Shown piece after piece: positions 50,543-56,143 of a stretch of DNA of 56,143 bases. The notes under the pieces were generated by a model. The model had not been told where the DNA came from. It saw nothing but the letters and a program-made list of their open reading frames with translations, and did no database searches. A program made the translations under genes and the position numbers. Numbering within the stretch: position 1 is the stretch's first letter; every line of letters starts with the position of its first letter. The DNA comes from Alphaproteobacteria bacterium (GTDB taxonomy: Bacteria; Pseudomonadota; Alphaproteobacteria; UBA9219), in contig JBAVWC010000438.1 of NCBI GenBank assembly GCA_049697595.1, positions 1 to 56,143 on the forward strand, given 5' to 3'.

Positions 50543-50890
50543 TTACTCCTTCACTAAACCGTTAGTGCCAGCTTCGCCGCCAGCAGCCATTTCTTTTTCG
50601 TGTGCGGTGTGCATCGACTTGCGTTCTTTTTCATGGCGAGAATGCATTTCCTTCTTGTCACCGCCCTTATGCAAGGCATGTTCGTGTTCGTGCTTGGCGT
50701 GCATAACGTGACGATCATTGCTATGACGAGCCATCATTTCATCATGAACCGGCATCGTAGCAGTTTCGCCATTTTCAGCATTCGCAGTCTTTTCAGCCTC
50801 GGTCGGGCCAGCGTTCTCAACCTTGCCGCCCTGCGCTAACTTGGGCGACTTGGCGTACATATCCTTGGAGCCTTTGCCTTTGAATGCCAT
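50543..50890 (-). CDS. His-rich protein with three MHxxHEKE-type repeats (115 aa)
   Basis: ORF track. The repeats are HVMHAKHEHEH, EMHSRHEKERK and SMHTAHEKEM. Confidence 0.6.
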   Translation of the reverse strand: MAFKGKGSKDMYAKSPKLAQGGKVENAGPTEAEKTANAENGETATMPVHDEMMARHSNDRHVMHAKHEHEHALHKGGDKKEMHSRHEKERKSMHTAHEKEMAAGGEAGTNGLVKE

Positions 50891-50893
50891 AAC

Positions 50894-51124
50894 TTATCCT
50901 TTCGAGTACATGGTGTGCAGCATGTTGCTGCCAACCCGATGTGATTTCTTGTGATGTAAACCTTCAAGTGTCTCTGCCAGATTAGCTTCTTCTCTGATTT
51001 TAGGATTCTTGGATTTGGTAGCGGCGCGTAGTTTTTCGGCAGGAATTTTTTGACCTTCAGGCACGCCAAGATGGGCATGAAGTGCGCCGGGATGTTTTAT
51101 CGCGTTGCTGATCCACTTACCCAT
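50894..51124 (-). CDS. hypothetical basic protein (76 aa)
   Basis: ORF track. Confidence 0.55.
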   Translation of the reverse strand: MGKWISNAIKHPGALHAHLGVPEGQKIPAEKLRAATKSKNPKIREEANLAETLEGLHHKKSHRVGSNMLHTMYSKG

Positions 51125-51136
51125 CTCACCCTCTAA

Positions 51137-51601
51137 TTAGACAGACGCGCCAACTTCAATCGGCATCTGCGTGGCAATCGTCGTGTCAACCAAACTGAAC
51201 ATAGGCTCTTTCGGCGTAGCAACCATGATCGGGGCGGGCATCGCGGCTGCGCGTTCAAGGGAAATACCCTTTTCAGCAGCAATCGCATTTACGCGCTTCC
51301 ATTGGTTCAAGAACTGCGGAAGTTTAGGGATATAAGCCATCCCCGTTTTATCCTGCCACTTTTTGCCGCCATCATCTTGGATTTCCAAGAAAATGACAAA
51401 ATCATCGTATGCCAGCTTATTCAGCGGAAACATTTCGATGTTAGGCTGCGCCGAAGAACGCAAAGAAATCACCGTACCGGGTTCAAGAAACCTGTCCTGA
51501 AAGTAACAAGCACTATTCAGGCGGTACACGGGCATATCCTGACGGATGTGCGTGGCGGTCTTTGCGAACTGCGGAGGAGCAGCATAAAGTTTTGTAGCCA
51601 T
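51137..51601 (-). CDS. hypothetical head-module protein (154 aa)
   Basis: ORF track. Confidence 0.65.
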   Translation of the reverse strand: MATKLYAAPPQFAKTATHIRQDMPVYRLNSACYFQDRFLEPGTVISLRSSAQPNIEMFPLNKLAYDDFVIFLEIQDDGGKKWQDKTGMAYIPKLPQFLNQWKRVNAIAAEKGISLERAAAMPAPIMVATPKEPMFSLVDTTIATQMPIEVGASV

Positions 51602-51619
51602 TGTTTCAGTCCCCTAAGA

Positions 51620-52147
51620 TTACAGGCCAGCCGGGAAGTTATTACCATACTGCGTAACCGTCCGTTGTGTCGGCACATTGACAGAAAGATTCGCGCTAAC
51701 GAGAACCGAGATCGAGCTGCCAACCGTGTATTCCAGCTTATAGAAACGCGGGAAAGCAAAGCCCGGAGGAACAGGAGGAACCGGCAGAACAATCTGCGCT
51801 CCGGCGAACAGTTCCGTTGCACCCGTAAGAGCCGCCGTCGAGGACAGCGTGTAGTACGTTCCGGGGCTATACGAGCCATTATCGGGAGCCGCTTGCAGAG
51901 CAATCGTCAGAGTACCGGTTACCGTCGTGCAAGTTCCAATGGTAATCAGAACTTCAGGACGTTCCAGACCCGCACCCGCACCAATGTCGATACCGATGGC
52001 GGTATTAACGCCACCCGCACCAATCATTGCGGGAGCATTGCCAGAACCAGCACCAGTCACATCGTAGATATTCGTCGATGCTGCGGTGGCGGTAACTGCT
52101 TGGGCTGTGCTAAAGTTGCAGCCACTTCCACTTTCAAGAAAAGCCAA
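51620..52147 (-). CDS. hypothetical head-module protein, possible decoration protein (175 aa)
   Basis: ORF track. It lies directly downstream of the capsid gene. Confidence 0.65.
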   Translation of the reverse strand: MAFLESGSGCNFSTAQAVTATAASTNIYDVTGAGSGNAPAMIGAGGVNTAIGIDIGAGAGLERPEVLITIGTCTTVTGTLTIALQAAPDNGSYSPGTYYTLSSTAALTGATELFAGAQIVLPVPPVPPGFAFPRFYKLEYTVGSSISVLVSANLSVNVPTQRTVTQYGNNFPAGL

Positions 52148-52189
52148 GGTACACCTCTTATGTTAAAGTTACGAATTTGGTTAAGTGGT

Positions 52190-53245
52190 TCAAGATACTG
52201 GACTTTCCGTATTTAGAATCGAATCGCATGCACGAACTGGAGCGCCACGCCACATCTCAGTAGGTTCTCCGGCATACTCAGTCAAGCTTATCAGCACATT
52301 CGGGTTACGAATAGCCTGAATGTCCAAACCAGCGCGACCAGTACGGTTGCAATACCAAGTTGGTGACGTGCCGGGCATTGGATCGCCGGGAGCGTCAACA
52401 TCGGTGATACCAAACATACGACGAGGAGAAGTCGTAATCTTGGATGCAAGCTGGATCATCAGCGAGTTCAGGTCGGGAGGAGTCGTGCCAGCCAAACCAG
52501 CCGTAGTCGTGTCAATGTTGCAGATACGACCAACGTAGCTCCAATTCATGAGTGCCAAGCCGAGCATCCATTCAAAGTAGCTGGTGTAGCCTTCAAAGCC
52601 ATTGCCGTATTGGTCATAAAGCTGACGGAACTCGCCCTTATCTTCATAAATCAGACCAGCCTGAGAACCCTTCGGATAGATGCCGAAGCAGGTGTGATCG
52701 CCCCAATCAACGCGCCAGATCGACGTGTTGGAATTGCCAGAACCACCCGCATTGATGACGTTCTTCGCAGTCTGCAAAGTCGCCGTTTCGAGCGAGCTAT
52801 AGAATGGCGAGAAGCCGGTGATTTGCGCGGGGGTCGTGGCTTCGTTCGAGTAGAAGATCGCCGAAGCAATCTGCTGACCGATGCCTTCGATGTGCGACTG
52901 ATCCATCGTCCAACGATATTTTTCGATGTTGCCCATCAAACGAGCCTGAGTGCGGTCAACTTGGCTGTAGTCAGTAATCTGACCGATGCCAAACTTGGCT
53001 TTACCATAGGTTCCCTTGGAAGCCGGAACACCTTGGTTGTCCTGACGCCATGTGCCTTGTGGCAACGACGTGTTGAGCGTTACTTCATGCGAAGTGGACG
53101 CATTGGCTTCCTGCCAGATCATATCCTTGAGGATAGGATTCGCCTGAGCCAACATCCATGCCACGGTTGGCACTTTGCCCTGGGGATCGAGCAGAGAAGC
53201 ATGGTCCACCAAATTTGGTAACACATTACCTGGTGCGTAGGTCAT
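52190..53245 (-). CDS. major capsid protein
   Basis: 351-aa ORF in the position after the scaffold-like gene. Size and sequence character fit HK97-fold capsid proteins. No search was run. Confidence 0.8.
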   Translation of the reverse strand: MTYAPGNVLPNLVDHASLLDPQGKVPTVAWMLAQANPILKDMIWQEANASTSHEVTLNTSLPQGTWRQDNQGVPASKGTYGKAKFGIGQITDYSQVDRTQARLMGNIEKYRWTMDQSHIEGIGQQIASAIFYSNEATTPAQITGFSPFYSSLETATLQTAKNVINAGGSGNSNTSIWRVDWGDHTCFGIYPKGSQAGLIYEDKGEFRQLYDQYGNGFEGYTSYFEWMLGLALMNWSYVGRICNIDTTTAGLAGTTPPDLNSLMIQLASKITTSPRRMFGITDVDAPGDPMPGTSPTWYCNRTGRAGLDIQAIRNPNVLISLTEYAGEPTEMWRGAPVRACDSILNTESPVS

Positions 53246-53248
53246 TTT

Positions 53249-53923
53249 TTATTCTCCTGTTCTGTGTTTGAAAGCGTAATCCATAAGCCCATCAATGATG
53301 TGCTGATGATTCTCAATTCTTCCGAGAAGCAAGTTGCAGGAATTGCATAAAAGAGCGCGAAACTTCCCAGTCTTATGACAGTGATCTGCATTGGCGCGAT
53401 CACGTCCATTCGGAACATCTAAAGAAATCTCTTTATCGCACGCCTTATTTGCACAACGACCATGCTGGGCCTGCAACGTACGAACCAAATATTCCCACGT
53501 TACACCGTACTTTCTCATGGCGAGATTCGGCCTGTCCTTTAGCCCGTGTCCACGCAAATCTGGTTTCCGTGTTGCCCTTACACATTCCCTGCATTTAGCA
53601 AATTTTCCATTATAGCCATGGGCATCATTGGAAAATTCATTCCAAGACTTGCCAACATTACAAACCAAACAAACGCGACCATTTTCGGTCAGAACAACTT
53701 TGCTGCGACCGTCATTCTCTATAAGGAATGGAACGCCTGAATCACGCTTGGCTTTCCATGTCGCCTTTTTCTTTTCTTGACGGCAAGATTGGCAGTTTTT
53801 GGAAATACCAAATTTTCCATGACGACCAATATTGTGCTGGAACTCAGACAAAGATTTTTCTTCTTTGCAAGCCCCGCACTTCTTACCATCAAACAATTGC
53901 ATTACATTCGATTGACTATTCAT
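53249..53923 (-). CDS. Endonuclease VII / HNH-type homing-endonuclease-like protein
   Basis: 224-aa ORF. YGVTWEYLVRTLQAQHGRCANKAC...ADHCHKTGKFRALLCNSCNLLLG matches the Endo VII family core. The N-terminus has two CxxC...CxxC modules. Confidence 0.82.
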   Translation of the reverse strand: MNSQSNVMQLFDGKKCGACKEEKSLSEFQHNIGRHGKFGISKNCQSCRQEKKKATWKAKRDSGVPFLIENDGRSKVVLTENGRVCLVCNVGKSWNEFSNDAHGYNGKFAKCRECVRATRKPDLRGHGLKDRPNLAMRKYGVTWEYLVRTLQAQHGRCANKACDKEISLDVPNGRDRANADHCHKTGKFRALLCNSCNLLLGRIENHQHIIDGLMDYAFKHRTGE

Positions 53924-54852
53924 CTTGCACCACCATAAAGCCTGTTAATCATGCCTTTCCCCGGAGCAGCAGGGGCGGCAATGGCAGGCTTCGTGCCGGG
54001 TAGCATTCTCGAAGATTCATTTTCGTATTTGTCGAGCCGTGATTTCAGGTTATTCAGAACGCGAACGATAGCTGGGGCGTTTTCAACACCAGCTTCGGAA
54101 ACGACTTTACGGAAAGCCGAGACTTCCTCTTTCGTTCCACCCTTCGCAGCAAGGAAATTCGCCATGCTTTGTGCGGATTGTTTTAGGAACGCTTCATCAT
54201 TCCTGCCAAGAACGGGGTCTTTCAAAAGTTCTTCGCGCCATTCTCTCTGGCGACCTTCGTAAGCGTTCTTATAATAATCATTGACCTGTTGGGCTGCGTT
54301 CTTGACGGCCTCTGCGCCCATATCAACAATTTGCTGCGCGATTGCCTGACGTTCTTGTGGCGTTGTCGCAGTCTGAAATTTCTGAAGGATCGGAGTAAAT
54401 TTCTCCATAAACTCAGGCGTAGCTTCCTGACCGTCGATGCCCTTGAATGTTTCGTATGGAACGAGTGCGCCATCATCAGCAGTTTCGGTTTTCGTTTCTG
54501 CCGTCGCATCTTCGGGTTTCGCTTCGACCTTCGCATCAACCTTGGTTTCTTCAACCACGGGAGCATCAGTTGCGGGAGCATCAACAACTGGTTCTGCGCC
54601 CTCTTCCTGAACGCCAAGGAATGATTCTGGTTTAGCCGCGACTTCAACAACGGGCTTTTCTGTGGCGGCGACTTCAGCAACGGGGGCAACGGGCGTTTCA
54701 ACAATTGGGGCAGAAGCTTCGACAACGGGAGCAACGGCAGCGGGAGCAGACGCTTCCACTACTGGCGCAGGTGCGCTTGGTTGCGATGGGATGTTTTCTG
54801 TGTCAGCCACGTTGAAAAAGCCGTAGGTTAAACCTGTCGTATAATCACACAT
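53920..54852 (-). CDS. scaffolding-like protein
   Basis: ORF 53920..54951. The start is uncertain: ATG at 54850-54852 or GTG at 54808-54810. An acidic Ala/Pro/Val/Glu-rich N-half, a helical C-half and the position upstream of the capsid gene all fit a scaffold. Confidence 0.6.
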   Translation of the reverse strand: MCDYTTGLTYGFFNVADTENIPSQPSAPAPVVEASAPAAVAPVVEASAPIVETPVAPVAEVAATEKPVVEVAAKPESFLGVQEEGAEPVVDAPATDAPVVEETKVDAKVEAKPEDATAETKTETADDGALVPYETFKGIDGQEATPEFMEKFTPILQKFQTATTPQERQAIAQQIVDMGAEAVKNAAQQVNDYYKNAYEGRQREWREELLKDPVLGRNDEAFLKQSAQSMANFLAAKGGTKEEVSAFRKVVSEAGVENAPAIVRVLNNLKSRLDKYENESSRMLPGTKPAIAAPAAPGKGMINRLYGGAR

Positions 54853-54941
54853 AACCCATCGAAAAGCAATGATAAAATGGCATATTTGACTTGTATGCGT
54901 TTGTATATTAAGACATGTATACGCATGTGTAGAGGTGCAAA

Positions 54942-55127
54942 TTGGAAACACAACAACTCAAAGAACTAATCTCAGTCCCAGAGTTTTTGGACTATTTTGG
55001 AATTAGCCGATCTACTTTCTACTCCCTCGTCAGAAATAAAAAAATCAAAACCAGAAGAGTAAATTCACGCACATTCATTCTTCGCACAGAAGCGCAGATA
55101 TGGATGAATTCGTTGGAGAACGGTTGA
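54942..55127 (+). CDS. excisionase/AlpA-type HTH protein (61 aa)
   Basis: ORF track. A TTG start is preceded by SD GAGGTG. ISVPEFLDYFGISRSTFYSLVRNKKI has the MerR/excisionase-type HTH pattern. Confidence 0.62.
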   Translation: METQQLKELISVPEFLDYFGISRSTFYSLVRNKKIKTRRVNSRTFILRTEAQIWMNSLENG

Positions 55128-55540
55128 TGTCGGATAAACCAATCATAGACGATCCTCTTGCAAGATTCCTCGGCGAAGAAGATGCGCGTTCAGCCGGAAT
55201 TAAAAACCCGCAAACCGGAATCCGCGAGAGCGTCGAAAAAGTTCAGCAACGCGCCAATCAGGAAGAATACGCAAAGCGCAAACTGGAAGTATGGAAACGC
55301 TTTATTATCTCCAACATGCACGACGACAATAACCGCGAGGCGTTATACGACCTGCTCAATACCTGTCATGTTTTCGATATTCCATTCGCGGAAATTCCTC
55401 AATTCAATAACGGGGAAATTAAAATCGGCAAACTAATCGAGGCCGACATGAAGCGTTATTCCATCAAACAGTATTGCAAGATGATTGAAGAAGGTACGGA
55501 ATTGCAGGGTATGTTTAATGCGGATGCGGCAAGTCAATGA
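55127..55540 (+). CDS. hypothetical protein (137 aa)
   Basis: ORF 55100..55540 trimmed to the ATG at 55127 (TGATG overlap). Confidence 0.55.
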   Translation: MSDKPIIDDPLARFLGEEDARSAGIKNPQTGIRESVEKVQQRANQEEYAKRKLEVWKRFIISNMHDDNNREALYDLLNTCHVFDIPFAEIPQFNNGEIKIGKLIEADMKRYSIKQYCKMIEEGTELQGMFNADAASQ

Positions 55541-55755
55541 AAAAAGTTATCCCAATTACCGGAAAGCACACAACATTTTCATCAATGGTTGCCGATGCCA
55601 TGACGCGGGAAAACGCAACAAGGGGATGCGTGATTTTCTTTGAAGAAGATGGAACCATGCACTTCGGCGAACTCGGACTTGAGCGCACAGATGTCGGCAT
55701 GATGCTGATGTATATTCAGATGATAGGCGTTCAAATGATGGAACGGCCGGATTAG
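55537..55755 (+). CDS. hypothetical protein (72 aa)
   Basis: ORF track. ATGA coupling. Confidence 0.5.
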   Translation: MKKVIPITGKHTTFSSMVADAMTRENATRGCVIFFEEDGTMHFGELGLERTDVGMMLMYIQMIGVQMMERPD

Positions 55756-56021
55756 TAACCCGTATCAGGACTAATCTTCGACAACTCGGACACTCGCGCA
55801 ATACCTTCTGCAAGTTCGCTGCGTGTCTGCGCCTTCATATCAAGCAATTTATTCGTAAGCTGAATGATGTTTCCAAATCCCTGCGTTACCGTATCCCATC
55901 CACGCTTGGGCTGTCTCGCTTCCATCTCGCGTGAGCATGAAAGCGCAAGTTTCAATCCATCACGAAAACGCTGGATAGATTCTTTTTCGTACATTTCCCT
56001 TGGAGAGGAATCTAAAATCAT
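55752..56021 (-). CDS. hypothetical protein (89 aa)
   Basis: ORF track. ATGA overlap with the partial upstream ORF. Confidence 0.55.
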   Translation of the reverse strand: MILDSSPREMYEKESIQRFRDGLKLALSCSREMEARQPKRGWDTVTQGFGNIIQLTNKLLDMKAQTRSELAEGIARVSELSKISPDTGY

Positions 56022-56143
56022 TTTGTACTCGCCAATAAAGGTTCAACCGCATCCATGCTAATCATGACTTTCGTTGCTTCGAGAATATCGCGGATATGAA
56101 ACCAGCGAGCATCACGGCGATTATGGATTAGATGCCCCGCCGC
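56018..56143 (-). CDS. 3' end of a gene running off the window (41 codons visible)
   Basis: An open frame runs from the window edge: ...HLIHNRRDARWFHIRDILEATKVMISMDAVEPLLASTK, then a stop. The stop overlaps the next ATG. Confidence 0.4.
   Translation of the reverse strand, partial: AAGHLIHNRRDARWFHIRDILEATKVMISMDAVEPLLASTK

Noticed and set aside
51302-52216. 304-aa plus-strand ORF across the head module
   Set aside because: It is antisense to two well-formed minus-strand structural genes. Its extreme Arg/Asn/Ser-rich composition is typical of the reverse strand of coding DNA.
1-56143. Diversity-generating retroelement, retron, integrase/attachment site, portal gene
   Set aside because: I recognised no reverse-transcriptase or tyrosine-integrase motifs in any frame, and no template/variable repeat pair near the fibre genes. 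The portal is probably beyond the right edge, where the partial ORF at 56018..56143 runs off the window.

Overview
Genome-sized window of a tailed phage. No database search was run: every functional call comes from hand translation and motif recall.

Layout:
- Minus strand, 56143 down to about 27870: late genes. These are a scaffold-like gene, an inserted Endo VII/HNH endonuclease, the major capsid, small head/neck proteins, adaptor- and nozzle-like proteins, three internal/ejection proteins (226, 739 and 1779 aa), tail fibres, and a lysis cassette with a lambda-R-type endolysin.
- Minus strand, 5949 down to 156: small and large terminase plus a string of tightly coupled small accessory genes.
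- Plus strand, 6600 to 27730: early, replication and host-takeover genes. These include an XRE regulator, a Toprim-VirE primase, an SF2 helicase, VRR-NUC, a YqaJ exonuclease with RecT, a zinc-ribbon-GapR fusion, two GcrA-like regulators, a C5-MTase, an RNA ligase, a Lar-like protein, ASCH, DUF551 and tRNA-Pro(UGG).
- An opposite-strand methyltransferase operon (25957 down to 23549) is embedded in the plus-strand block.

GapR, GcrA and an FtsZ-tail-like peptide point to an alphaproteobacterial host. I recognised no integrase, portal, reverse transcriptase, cas genes or CRISPR array.

Most unusual observation: both C5-cytosine methyltransferase paralogs keep two roughly 200-codon overlapping frames open. 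Codon-position substitution patterns between the paralogs indicate that the segment between motifs VIII and X is selected in the +1 frame, while motifs IV-VIII and X are selected in frame 0. The second paralog also has motif I in a third frame.

Other items worth a second look:
- a conserved gene-junction motif (AACCCTAACCCCA) at fixed spacing before start codons
- a TACTCAT iteron array
- a palindromic divergent-promoter switch
- a leaderless RHH gene with a palindromic operator
- signal-peptide-bearing proteins inside the tail-fibre module
- a reverse-oriented three-gene island inside the structural operon
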